Assembly: GCA_951406725.2 (NCBI GenBank)
Contig: OX597828.1
Location: 46,438,001 to 46,502,000 of the forward strand
Reading direction: 5' to 3'
From: Octopus vulgaris
Lineage: Eukaryota
Length of the DNA: 64,000 nucleotides
Notes under the pieces: model-generated
The model's database searches: none
Told to the model about the DNA's origin: nothing
What the model saw: only the letters and a program-made list of their open reading frames with translations
Translations under genes and position numbers: made by a program
In this document: positions 12,506 to 25,660 of the stretch, piece by piece
How positions within the stretch are numbered: the stretch's first letter is position 1
Layout of the letters: each line of letters starts with the position of its first letter

Positions 12506-13815
12506 ATACGCACGAATGTAAAGCTAAGAAAATTAACCTAATTTCAGCAAATACATAATTATTCTCTAATCTATGTTCTGCTGTCATTATATATTATATT
12601 TATCAATATATATTTAAGCTTACAATGTAAAGCCGATTTTTCCCACTATAAGCACAAACACCACACACATCAGACGCATAAATGTCGTAGCTCAGAATTT
12701 CCCTGGCTTCACGTCATTTATCTATAATATTTTTAAAATGCTAATTCCGTCTGTTAGTACATAATTAACACTATTTTCAAACATCCATTGATTTTCTTTG
12801 AGCAATTACCACAGATTTTGTTTGAGCAGTAATTAGATCCAAAGAACGACACTGAATTTTGTGGCATAGAAGTCGAAATTTTCATGTCAAAATTTACAGC
12901 TAAAATATGTACGTCGATTTATTCGCCAGGACGACATTCGAGGGCCAAGAATTCTACGCGAAGGGCAGTGGGTTTTCAATAATAATAATGTTTTATGATC
13001 GTTTAAATGCCTACACAAAATACGAAGTCGATTTGTATGCCATAAATTGCGGTAATAATTTAAACAAGACAAGATGATCTTCAACGACTGTAAACATGAA
13101 TGGTTCTCTCGCACACGTACACAGGAAAGTCTATACATAATATATTATGTTTAAGATTTTTGAGACGATATTTGATTTGAATTACACTGTCTTTCCTCTA
13201 AGTAATTCTTGGTAAATAAGGGACAATTTACGAAAATAACGTTGACATTATTAAACTGGTATTTGGAACACAAATTAACATAAAAGTTTATAAACTTTCT
13301 ATCATTTATAACATAAAAGTTTATAAACTTTCTATCAGGTCCTATCATTTTCAAACTGTTGAAAACCTTCGTCATGTATTTTACACGGCAATTAATGCAG
13401 TAGAAATAATACGACAGAAATTATTTTGATAAAATCTGAAAATACAATCTATTTTTTCTCTTGTAAGCTATTTTCCGTATTCTTATTATTCGCTATATTT
13501 CGATTAGTTGTTGAGTCTAGCAATTTTAACTTTATGCTTAGTTTTCCTTTGTTTTTTAGCAAGTGATGAAATTCTAATTGGATTTCGATCAATATCATTT
13601 GTAAGTTTATCCGTAAACAATACATATGTATATACATATAGAGATATATGGACACGCACATTCACACCGATACTCGCGCACACATATACACATACACATA
13701 CATACATGCATATATATTTCTTATATATATAAAAAATGCTATTTTTTCCCTTGGTTTTGCATTGATGAGCTTACTCATGTATGTATGCATGTATGTATGT
13801 ATGTATGTATGTATG

Positions 13816-13854
<39 letters not shown>

Positions 13855-13856
13855 AT

Positions 13857-14140
13857 GATCACGTAATCACTTGACTGATCAGTCTATGAGATGTTGCTAC
13901 ACATCGCTTGTCACAATGCGTTTCGCATTGTTTTAGCCTTCAAATGACGCCACCCCGCTGGCTAAGCGAGCAGGACAACAGAAGAAAGAGTGAGAGAAAG
14001 TTGTGGTGAAAGAGTACAGCAGGGGATCGCCATCACCCCCTGCCGGATCCTCGTGGAGCTTTAGGTGTTTTCGCTCAATAAACACTCAAAACGCCCGGTT
14101 TGGGAATCGAAACCGCGAACCTACGACCGAAACCGCGATC
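13857..14140 (-). mobile_element. SINE with family C 5' part and an alternative 3' tail
   Basis: 13985-14140 matches family C; 13857-13980 is a different tail, also present at 31015-31133. Confidence 0.75.
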
Positions 14141-14177
14141 CACTGGTACATTGTAAATATATATATATATATATATA

Positions 14178-14385
14178 GTTAATCCAAACATGAAAACACA
14201 AAGAGAAAACACAACAACGCGAGGACGTGGAACAAGTATAGTGTTATTGGACGCTCAGGAAGGAAATAAAAAAGGAGGGTTTAACGTTTCGAGCGGAGCT
14301 CTTCGTCAGAAACATAGGAAAAGGAAAGACCCAAAGAAGGGAAGACGGTGGGAAAAAATCGCCAATGGTACACACGCGGTCACAT
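14178..14385 (-). mobile_element. HHR-bearing ~205-bp element (family H3) in (TA)n
   Basis: Copies at 40900-41108 and 59337-59500; relatives at 33520-33680 and 34440-34580. Confidence 0.8.
14279..14313 (-). ncRNA. Minimal type I hammerhead ribozyme, intact core
   Basis: Minus strand: GTTT-CTGACGA-A-GAGC-TCC-GCTC-GAAA-CG-TT-AAAC; palindrome AACGTT. Confidence 0.8.
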
Positions 14386-14852
14386 ATATATATTTGTTTA
14401 AATATAAAATAGAAGTAGTGCTACTATAATAAACATTGTACATTGTCAACCACATATACCTAAAGCATAATATGCTCGTATTTGCCGGTAAGTTATGGCC
14501 TTCAAGCGTTTTAACACCCGGCATTTTGAGAGAGTATTTGCCACTACCTCAGATTGCAGACTAAGTTATCTAAATCGCTTACCGTTTTCTGTAACTACCC
14601 TAGAAAAAATTTTTAAATCTGTCCCATAGTTATCACCTGATATGAACACTTCCGTTTGTTTAACCGTTACCGTTGTTTCACTCAGATAAACACCGTCTTT
14701 CTATTTATGGCCTCCAACATTACACCGACTCCATACTACGATCTTTTTTATTACTATTATTAAATAATGAATAAGCTCCGTAATGCCAAATTAAATTTTC
14801 AACTTCATTATAATATTTACATATTTATATAAATGTATACATATTCATAAGG

Positions 14853-14898
<46 letters not shown>

Positions 14899-14903
14899 TT
14901 ATT

Positions 14904-14999
<96 letters not shown>

Positions 15000-15000
<1 letters not shown>

Positions 15001-15374
15001 GCGCAATGGCCTAGTGGTTAGGGCAGCGGACTCGCGGTCATAGGATCGCGGTTTCGATATCCAGACCGGGCGTTGTGAGTGTTTATTGAGCGAAAATACC
15101 TAAAGCTCCACGAGGCTCCGGCAGGGGATGGTGGTGATCCCTGCTGTACTCTTTCACCACAACTTTCTCTCACTCTTACTTCCTGTTTCTGTTGTACCTG
15201 TATTTCAAAGGGCCGGCCTTGTCACTCTCTGTGTCACGCTGAATATCCCCGAGAACTACGTTAAGGGTACACGTGTCTGTGGAGTGCTCAGCCACTTACA
15301 CGTTAATTTCACGAGCAGGATGTTCCGTTGATTCGGATCAACCGGAACCCTCGTCGTCGTAACCGACGGAGTGC

Positions 15375-15377
<3 letters not shown>
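15000..15377 (+). mobile_element. SINE family C, full length, tRNA-derived head
   Basis: A box TGGCCTAGTGG, B box GGTTTCGATATCC; near-identical copies at 21114-21484 and 23990-24373. Confidence 0.9.
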
Positions 15378-15438
<61 letters not shown>

Positions 15439-16122
15439 ATATATATGTATATATACACACACATACATTGAAAGGAAAAGACTATAATGAAAAACAAAGG
15501 GTAAGAAAAATAAAACAGAGGAGAAAGAGAGAGAGAGAAGTGTGTGTGTGAGTGAGAGAGAGAGAGAGAGCAAGAAATAGATGGAAAACTAGAGTCAATG
15601 ACAAGAAAAATATGGACAAAGAAGCGAGACGTCTGAGAAAGAAGAAGCTGTAAAGCGATAATCAACGATGTTGTGAGAGGGATATTCTTTGTATTGTAGT
15701 GAAAGATCGTGAAACATTTAGCGAAAACAAATCAAATAACTAAAAAAAGAAAGAACACAAACAAGGGTACGTAACTCTTCATCAGCTTCTAATAGAGACA
15801 TCCGCAGTTTTACAACGATTAACAATGTGAATAGCTTCACTGTGTCAGTAAATTTACTCCAAGGTTTTAATAGGGAATGGTGTGAAGGAGGGTAATATCA
15901 AAAGATTAGGAGGACGAGACTCGAAACAGAGTGTCTGTGGTACTAGGAGACGAGAACTTACAAAGTATTAGGCTTACAATTAGTAAGTCCTGGGGTCGAT
16001 TTGTTCGACAAAAGGCGGTGCTTCAGCATGGCCGCAATCAAATGACTGAAACAAATAAAACAATATATATTATTTACATTGTTTACATTTGACGGATATT
16101 TGTTCTCGTCTTGTTTCTTGTT

Positions 16123-16169
16123 AACACAACGTTTCGGCTGATATACCCCCCATCATTCATCAGGTGTCT
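16123..16169 (-). ncRNA. Minimal hammerhead ribozyme, stem II eroded
   Basis: Minus strand: GACAC-CTGATGA-ATGATG..TATCAGCC-GAAA-CG-TT-GTGTT. Confidence 0.65.
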
Positions 16170-16272
16170 TGGGGAAATTTCGAACCTGGGTTCTCGTTCC
16201 TAAGATATTGTTGTTGTTGTTGTTATTATTATTATTATTATTATTATGATTATTATTATTATTATTATTATT

Positions 16273-16346
16273 GAGGTCACTGCCAGGAGTCGAACTCGGA
16301 ATCTTGGGGTTAGTAACCCGTGCACTTAACCACTACGTCATATGCC
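16273..16346 (-). other. tRNA-like sequence / Pol III internal promoter
   Basis: Minus strand GGCATATGACGTAGTGGTTAAG..CCGAGTTCGACTCCTGG: A box and B box at tRNA spacing; acceptor stem does not pair. Confidence 0.65.
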
Positions 16347-16451
16347 GTAGGCAATTATGGAGTGAATTTCAGGGATTATAAATCTAATATTCTCCTATCC
16401 TTGCTTAATACCGATTCCCATATGGTTACCTTTTTCCTTTTCCTTTTCACA

Positions 16452-17074
16452 GAATTGATCAAGGATAACCCCATTGAATCCAACCAGATGGTGAGTCTAG
16501 ATGCGATAAGTCTGCTTACCAAAGTCCCCACTGGTGAAGCACTATCGGTGATTCAAGAAAAACTCGTGACAGACATCCATCTAAAAGAACGCACAAGTAT
16601 ACGAATAATAAACTTGGTGGAAATATTGACCTTCAGTGTAGAAACTACCTACGTCAGTATGGACACAGATATATATCGACAAGAAGAGGGTTTAGCTATG
16701 GGTTCGCCATTATCACCGATAATAACTAATATAAACATGGAATACTTTGAGAATTTGGCTTTAGGATCAACACCACTAAAACCAACCCTATGGCTGCGAT
16801 ATGTTGATGACACCTTCATACACTGGCCCCACCAGTGTACAAGCTCTGTTAGATCATGTGAACTCAATAAAGCCATCCATAGAGTTCACAATGGAAAAGG
16901 AAAATGACAATCAGCTAGCATTCCTGGACGTATTAATAACGCACCAAGTATGGATTCAGGACATCCGTATACCGCAAGCCGACCTTTACTGGACGATACC
17001 TCAACTTCAATTCCAACTATCCATACAGTGTAAAGAGAGGGATTATTCATTGCCTAATACATCGAGCAAAGAAT
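16452..17074 (+). pseudogene. Penelope-like element reverse transcriptase fragment (two frameshifts)
   Basis: MVSLDAISLLTKVP, QEEGLAMGSPLSP, WLRYVDDTF, NSIKPSIEFTMEKE, LAFLDVLI, YRKPTFTGRYLNFNSNYP: motifs typical of PLE RT core and thumb; ends in (TA)n. Confidence 0.9.
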
Positions 17075-17162
17075 ATATATATATAGAGAGAGAGATTTAC
17101 GTCATATTCAATGCTTTTGATAATTGTATGTATTCTAAAGGCGGCAAGCTGGTAGAATAGTA

Positions 17163-18451
17163 AGGTCGGCTGTAAATTACGTAGACCTACCAAGATACTC
17201 ACGTGGAATGTGACCAAATGAGGTATATTTTTCAACATATTCCTCCTGGTAGCCCACACATTCTTTCCATGGGTGTTGCACTGCTCGGGTCCTATTGATG
17301 AAGGGGCTTTCATCATGCTGGTAAAAAAAAATCCTCAACAACAGATATGATGTCACCATCACTGCGGTATTGGTTCCCAGCTAAGTCTTAATTCATAATG
17401 GTTAGCATAATGGGAATGATAGAAATATGGAGCCAAATCGGGAGAATGGGGCGGGTTAGCAACTCGTTTACATCAACAGTCATGCACAGCAGCCATTGAA
17501 ACCAAGGCCTTGTGTGTTGGAGCATTGTCCTGATGAAACAAAATCCCTTTTATCAGTTTGCCTGAGCATTTGGTCTTTATTAAGTTTCATATCGGTCTCA
17601 AGAATTTATCATAGTAAACTCACATTCATGATGTAGCCTTTTTGAAGATAGTCAATAAACAAAGTTTTTTGCATCCCAAAAAACTGAGGCCATCACCATC
17701 CATGCAGATGAAACAATCTTGGTTTCTTTGGAACAGGTGTGGAAGAGTGTTTCCACTGCAAAGACTGTTTCTTTGTCTCCAGCTCAAAGTCATGAACTCA
17801 ATACTCATCCTAGGCTAGAATAGGTTCAAGGAAACCACTTGTATCTGACTTAGACAATGCCAGATTTCCCATGATGGGATTAGCCTGGTGCACCTTTGAT
17901 CAGGTACCAGAAGACGTGGCACTCGCCGATTCAACACCTTCGTCATGCTAAGTTCACTGCGCAGTGTTTTCGCAACTCTCTCAAGGGATATTCTAATAGC
18001 ACTGGCTATTTCATTTGTTGTCAATCACCTGTCATCCATCACCATGTGGTGAGCACTATCGATGTTTTCCTTGAGGATGGCAGTTGCAGAACATCTAGAC
18101 TTTGGGTCATCTTCAAGACTCACCGTTCCCCACTTAAATTCAGCTGCCCACTAATAAAGCTGGAGCGTCATCATGTAATGTAGCAACCATATCAGTACGA
18201 AGTTTGTTTAGGGAGGGGGGGTTAAACCCCGTTTTCCTGGCACTTCATAACAACACGATGTAGATGCCAAATATTTCAACTGAAGTCACTACAAGTTCTA
18301 TTGTAATCTTCTTTGTACAGCCAGACATCACTTTAGCTGGGAAGAATAAAATGCAGTTATTAATAGAAGGAGTTGATATTAATGCATGGAGGATTTCACA
18401 GCTCTAGAGTCACTCTTTTATAGTCAGCCTCTGAAATTTTCTGCCCACCCT
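17163..18451 (-). mobile_element. Decayed full-length mariner transposon (~1.29 kb)
   Basis: Minus-strand remnants RRVPRLL (WVPRLL motif), HQDNAP, HSPDLAP (YSPDLAP motif), HPWKECV..EYVEK; degenerate TIRs at both ends. Confidence 0.85.
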
Positions 18452-18454
18452 GGG

Positions 18455-19080
18455 AGAAAGCACCGTCGGAGAAGATGCTTAGCGTCTCTTCTACCAACAT
18501 TAAATTCCGAGCTCAAGAACTGTTGAGGTCGACTTTGTTTACCATCCTTGGGAAGTTGATTAAATATCAGTTGAAGGCTAAGGTCGATGTAATAGACTAT
18601 CCACCTCCCCGAAAATTTCAGGTCTTGAGAGTTCAGTAGAAACTATTGTTAGTTTTATTACTAAGGCGAAGGGCTGCGAGCGGGGCGGATAAAATGATTA
18701 GCAGCATTTTGTCCGTCTTTACGTTCTTAGTCCAAATCTCACCGAGGTCGACTTTGCATTTTCATCCTTTCGGGGTCGATAAAGAAAAGTACCAGTCAAG
18801 CACCTGGGTCGATTGTAATTATTTATCCCCTTTTCCCAAAAAATTTCAGGCCTTCTGCCTATAATACAAAGGATTATTCTTTTTAAGGCAGTGTAAGGGA
18901 GCGAACTGGCAGAAACATTACCGAGCCGGACAAAATGCTTCTGAGCAGCATCTCGCCCCTCTATACATTATGAGTTCAAACCCCGCCGAGATCGATTTTG
19001 TCTTCATTTTTAGGGCCCGATAAAATAAGTACCATTTGGAAAAGGGCCATGGAATTGAATAATTCACTCCATTAAAATAT
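18455..19080 (+). mobile_element. Three adjacent degenerate SINE B copies
   Basis: GAGGTCGACTTTG..CATCCTT..GTCGAT motif recurs near 18525, 18745 and 18988. Confidence 0.65.
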
Positions 19081-19527
19081 CACTTTTTATACCTATTAGT
19101 AGGTATATGAATACACCTGGTCTGAAGATTAGCAAGAGAAACTACTCATACTACTACTACTAATAATAATAATATGTTACGCTGTCCTAAAAAAGGCCAG
19201 GCCTATCAGATACACACACGCCCATTACTGGTCTATCCGTTCAGAAACCGAAGTTAGGTAAAATTGCGAAGCAAGCTTACATACGTGACTGAACTTTGAG
19301 CAATATATTAGGTACAGGTTACACAAAATGTGTGTATATATGTGTGTGAGTGTGTGTCTATACAATCACATACACATATGTGTGTGTATACATATATACA
19401 CACACACATACACACATAGGAACGCGATACATATAAAGGGGAGGGATTAGCAGGTCGTGTACATGTGTAACCAAGGAAGAGTCTATCGGGCATTGTCCTT
19501 AGATCATATATAAGTGTACACACACAC

Positions 19528-19630
<103 letters not shown>

Positions 19631-19783
19631 ACTGACTGAGAGAGAGGGAGATAGATAAATAAATAGATAGATGAATATATATGCATATGCGTATATATTG
19701 ATTTATATGTTCATACATAAATATATATATTTGTATAAAAATGCATATATATTGAAATATAACTATCTATCTATCTATCTATC

Positions 19784-19814
<31 letters not shown>

Positions 19815-20089
19815 TCATGTATATGTATATATATATGTGTGTATAAATATATACATATATCTGTGTAATTATATTTATATATATGTATACATATATACAT
19901 ATATGCATATATGTATATTTTTTTATATGTGTATGGCTATATATATATAAATATATATATATATGTATATACATGCACACATATATCATTCGATTGCCCT
20001 GGAAAAGGAGACTAGGACGATGCCCTTCGCAGGGCCTCTGATATTAGATACGTATATCCATATATGCACAAGCAGATATACACTTGCCC

Positions 20090-20159
<70 letters not shown>

Positions 20160-20364
20160 TGTGTGTGTCTGTGTTTGTGTGTGTCTGTGTTTGTGTGTGT
20201 GTGTGTGTGTGTTTGTTTGTGTGTGCTGTGTGTGTGTGTATGTATATGTGTATATATACGTATATATATATATTTCTATGTACATATGTACGTTTATATA
20301 TATGTCTATGTAAGTATATTTGTATATATATATATGTGTATGTGTTTGTGTGTTTGTATGTATG

Positions 20365-20418
<54 letters not shown>

Positions 20419-20495
20419 ATATATTTCCATGTACATATGTATGTTTATATATACGTCTTTGTATGTATATTTGTATATATATATGTGTGTCTATG

Positions 20496-20577
<82 letters not shown>

Positions 20578-21113
20578 CGAATGTATGTAAGTCTATATTT
20601 CATATCAGCGTGATATGCCCGTGTCTGCACCACCATGATTAAATATGAGCGCTGAAATGTGCAGGTCGACATCGTTTTGTTGTTACTATGCACACTTCTC
20701 CACAAGCGCGTGCATGTGTGCAGAAAAAAAAATGTTCATATATGCAACTGTATCCATACGTGTGCGTATATATGTATGCGTAAATCTGTGTATGTGTGCA
20801 CGTGCGTATTTGAATGAGGGTGTAAGTAAGTGTTTTGAATCGGTTGCGAGTTGACTGTATTCGGTCAATGACCAAAAGCAATTTAACACGTCTGCATACC
20901 AAATTAATATATCTAGGTAGTCACCGAATAAATGAAAAAAAGGTTTTGTTTCTCTTTCTTTTTCTCAATGTCACCAAAGAAATGTCAATGAACCATTTTT
21001 TTTTCCATAGAATTTACAATATAGCCATTGCTATGATTGAATACCGCACAGTTTTGATTAGTAGATCGATCCCTATATAAGCCGTGAGCAATTTCTTTCA
21101 AACAGATTTCAAT

Positions 21114-21484
21114 GGATAGAAGCACTCCGTCGGTTACGGTTGATCCGAATCAACGGAACAGCCTGCTCGTGAAATTAATGTGTAAGTGGCTGAGAACTCC
21201 ACAGACACGTTCACCCTAAACGTAGTTCTCGGGGATATTCAGCGTGACACAGAGGGTGACAAGGCCGGCCCCTTGAAATACAAGTACATCAGAAACAGGA
21301 AGTAAGAGTGAGAGGAAGTTGTGGTGAAAGAGTACAGCAGGGATCACCACCATCCCCTGCCGGAGCCTCGTGGAGCTTTTAGGTGTTTTCGCTCAATAAA
21401 CACTCACAACGCCTGGTCTGGGAATCGAAACCGCGATCCTATGACCGCGAGTTCGCTGCACTAACCACTGGGCCATTGCGCCTC
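21114..21484 (-). mobile_element. SINE family C with 11-bp target-site duplication
   Basis: CAGATTTCAAT at 21103-21113 and 21485-21495. Confidence 0.9.
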
Positions 21485-21809
21485 CAGATTTCAATAACCA
21501 GTCGGTAGGCGAAGAGCCGCCGGATGGTTAGGCTTCTGAATCACGTTAATGACTGATGGTTTGCTACTCCACAATGAGGTCCTGGTTTCGTTCTCAGTTT
21601 TATTCTCGGCACGTATCCATTTTTTAGATTTTACCTTTCGTCCATTCGAGGCCGATAAAATAAGTTGATTACTGTGGGTCGATATAATCGACTACCCACC
21701 TCCCTTACAAATGCTGGTCTTTTGCGAAAATCTGAAACCATTATTAAGAGAGGACGGTGAATTCTACAAACAGGATCAGGATAAATTAACTTCAGTGTTT
21801 TATATTCTC

Positions 21810-22380
21810 TTCTACTCTAGGTGCAAGGCCTGAAATTTTGGGAGAGCAGGCCAGTCGATTAGATCGACCCCAGTACACAACTGGTACTTAATTTATCGAA
21901 CCTGAAAGGATGAAAGGCAAAGTCGACCTCGGCGGGATTTGAACTCAGAACGTAGGGGCATACGAAATACCTATTTCTTTACTACCCATAAGAGGCCAAA
22001 CACAGAGTGGACAAGGACAGACAAAGGGATTAAGTCGATTACATCGACCCCAGTGCGTAACTGGTACACAATTTATCGACTCCGATAGGGTGAAAGGCAA
22101 AGTTGACCTCGGCGTAATTCGAACTCAGAATGTAAAGGCATACGAAATACATATTTCTTTACTACTCACAAGGGGCCAAACAGAGACGGGATAAACAAGG
22201 ACAGACAAACGGATTAAGTCGATTATATCGACCCTAGTGCGTAACTGGTACTTATTTAATCTACCCCGAAAGGATGAAAGGCCAAGTCGACCTCGGCGGA
22301 ATTTGAACTCAGAACGTAGCGGCAGACGAAATACCGCTAAGCATTTCGCCCGGCGTGCTAACGTTTCTGCCAGCTTGCCT
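21810..22380 (-). mobile_element. SINE family B, three tandem units
   Basis: ~180-bp unit repeated; single head GGCAAGCTGGCAGAAACGTTAGC at the right end. Confidence 0.85.
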
Positions 22381-23989
22381 CCTTTCCTTATTTTATAATT
22401 ATTTCTGTTCACGCCCTCCTTTTTTTTTTTCTGAGTTACATGATAGTTACAACGGGAGTACATTGGGAAAGCCATGTTTTACAGTATTTTGTAAAAGCTT
22501 TTAAAACTAAAGTTCAAATAACGCCGAGGACAACTATAATTTACAACCATGTGGGATACATAAAACACCAGAAGAGAACTAGGTCTGAATGTCTGATCAT
22601 ATTTCTTTGGCAGACAACATGTGAATTTTGTTTGGTCATACGTCTGTGTTTAATAGCATACGAGGTATCAAGTATAAACCGGGGTTAAATGAATCCGTCT
22701 ATAAGTGTAACATTCTATGTAAAATAAAAATGAGTATACAAACAAATGATGGTGATGATTTTTGATAGATTTGAAATTCGTACATTGACCTAACCATACT
22801 AAGATTTAATCATTTTTCAGAGTTAAAAGCAAGACACATAAGATTAACCAAGACATCACGTCGTGTAAGGTCAACAGACAGTCTGCCAACGTATTGTATT
22901 AAATTCTTCTTGATTTCACAATGCTAATGGTCTATACATGACAATATTATACATTCTACATTTGCAGACAGCTCACTTCTTAGTTGTAGTTGCCATGTAA
23001 TATATGAAACCCACGTTTCTATTTATTTAAATCAAATTTACATTTCCAATACTGAGGAAGACCGGTTTCTCGATTAGATTTTTCTCCTTTTTTCCTCGAT
23101 TTTAGTTTGCCTAATGAAACTTAAATTATAATAATGCTTTCAGATTTCGGCACAAGACCAGCAGCTTTGGGTTGGAGTATATAACGCAATTACATCGATT
23201 CCATTCCTCAACTGCTACTTATTTTATCGACCCTAAAAAAATGAAATGAAAAAAAGGTGACCTGGCTTTGACGTCATGTTCTCTAGACATGGATCCGTTA
23301 AAATTGGTTTTGTAAACTAAACTGCTGGAACGTTCTTCACTGTTGATTATCAACATGTCGTGTTTAGACATTTTAGAATTTTTTTGAAGAGCCGAATTTT
23401 TTGTTTTTACAGGTAAATCAAAATAAATATCAATGTATACACATCCGTAATGGGGTTATTTCTAAACAAAAATCTTCCAACGCAATCGAGACAATGTTAA
23501 TAATACAGTCTTGATAAAAGTAATAATTGAGTAGGGGATAAACTGGCTGGACCGACGAAAATTAATTTTGGCACAAGGCCAGCAATATTAGGGGATGGGT
23601 AAGTTGGTTACATCAACCCGGCTGGTGAACTGATACTTATTTGTAAAGGCGACCTCGGTGGAATCTTGCTGAAAATAACAGTCGAGTACAATATGTGCCA
23701 GTGCTCAACTGGTAGTTATTTCACCAAATCTGAAATAATGAAAGTCAAACTCGACCTCGGTGGAATTTGAACTCAGAACGTAAAGGAGGAAATGCATTTT
23801 GCCCGGCGTGCTAACGGTTCAACCAGCTCGCCACCATCTTTACCATAAATCATATTACAGTTATTACTAACTCGTTTATTTAATAAATGATATTTCTTAG
23901 AAACACATACACCCTCCACCTCATATCAACCCCTCACTCACATCTAAAGAAACATTTACTCATGTATAAAGATGCACATATTAACATAT

Positions 23990-24373
23990 TGGGGAAGCAC
24001 TCCGTCGGTTACGACGACGAGGGTTCCGGTTGATCCGAATCAACGGAACAGCCTGCTCGTGAAATTAACGTGTAAGTGGCTGAGCACTCCACAGACACGT
24101 GTACCCTTAACGTAGTTCTCGGGGATATTCAGCGTGACACAGAGAGTGACAAGGCCGGCCCTTTGAAATACAGGTACAACAGAAACAGGAAGTAAGAGTG
24201 AGAGAAAGTTGTGGTGAAAGAGTACAGCAGGGATCACCACCATCTCCTGCCGGAGCCTCGTGGAGCTTTAGGTGTTTTCGCTCAATAAACACTCACAACG
24301 CCCGGTCTGGAAATCGAAACCGCGATCCTATGACCGCGAGTCTGCTGCCCTAACCACTGGGCCATTTCGCCTC
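23990..24373 (-). mobile_element. SINE family C with 13-bp target-site duplication
   Basis: CATATTAACATAT at 23977-23989 and 24374-24386. Confidence 0.92.
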
Positions 24374-24841
24374 CATATTAACATATATATATATGTTTCA
24401 ACATATAAAACCCATTGTTATATTTTAGTGATGTTCAAAGTAAAGCAGGTTCAGACCTGCACATATAATAGACTGGGAGGATGAAAGTCGAGGATTTCTC
24501 TTCAGTTTCATTATTGCCTCTTAAGCTGACATGTAACGATATAAATTATTAGAAGGCTGGTCACGTGAGCTTTCTCTTTGCGGCGCTACTAGTCTGGACT
24601 AATTACGAGCGAACATAAGAAAACCATGGTAACTCTGATTGCTAAAAATAACAGTCAAACGTTTATGAAATTACATCCAGCAATATTTTGGAAAAAAATA
24701 TAATCAAATGACGCATTAAAATATTTAAATGCTTTATTGATTCACGATAAATTAGATAGATCACGAATAATGTTTCAAGTTATATATATATATGTATATA
24801 GTTTAAGCTGGTGAGAGATCTTTGATCTCATATATATATAC

Positions 24842-24909
<68 letters not shown>

Positions 24910-24914
24910 GTTTA

Positions 24915-25220
24915 AATATTTGTTGTGCAAGATTTTTTATGTGAAGTCGTGTGTTGAAACAGATATTGTTATATTTCAGAATGGTCATTTTGCCAGTTTA
25001 GCCAATAAAAACACACGCACTATATATTTGGTGTTATTTTGCTTCAGTGTTATTTATTTTTTACATTAATCTTAATCGTATTTCGGCCAGAGTTCTTGCG
25101 AGGATTATCCGGTTCTTGGCTGAAGATTAGAGGCTTCGAATGAGCCGTCCGTTTTTTTGTTTTTTTTTTGTGTCGTCTATTTGAACGTTTTGCGTTCTTG
25201 TCACATTTTGTATTTTGATA
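24915..25220. mobile_element. Junction of an H2 fragment and the 2116-type repeat
   Basis: H2 sequence stops at GGCCAGAGTTCTT and continues directly as GCGAGGATTATCCGG. Confidence 0.6.
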
Positions 25221-25279
25221 TATATCTTTTATACATAAATTATTGCGGCGTAACGTACATCTTGTTCTCTTCTATATAT

Positions 25280-25344
<65 letters not shown>

Positions 25345-25660
25345 GATCGTAAAAGCCAGCTGATCGTAAATCAAGACCATTTAATACCAATATTTATTCG
25401 TTTAACAACTGAATGAACTTATTAAAAGCATCTGAATATGAAACATCATGAAAATTGTTCAAACTGAAATCCATCTTGAGCGACATATGTTTCCATTTGA
25501 GTCAATACAGAATTACAGATAGCATTTATGGAATTTTCATTTACTGTGGGGTGACTTCTGGTCATGAGGAATCGATGCTAGATGCGTCGCAACAATTGTC
25601 GTGATTATTAATAAATTCTCGTATATTCCATCTTCCGTCTTTCATTTCCATATATATACT

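Larger units (their letters stand above)
16070..16450 (-). mobile_element. Inverted PLE pseudo-LTR-like segment (ORF end + tRNA-like head + (AAT)n + HHR)
   Basis: Abuts the PLE RT in opposite orientation; partial second copy at 34715-34870. Confidence 0.6.

Noticed and set aside
15079-15331. Recurrent ORFs (MFIERKYLKLHEAPAG.., [16 protein letters not shown].., MKTQRENTTTRGRG..) seen several times
   Set aside because: They recur because they lie in SINE or H3 repeats; no protein motif
16273-16346. Functional tRNA gene (likewise the SINE heads)
   Set aside because: Acceptor and anticodon stems do not pair fully; treated as tRNA-derived promoter modules
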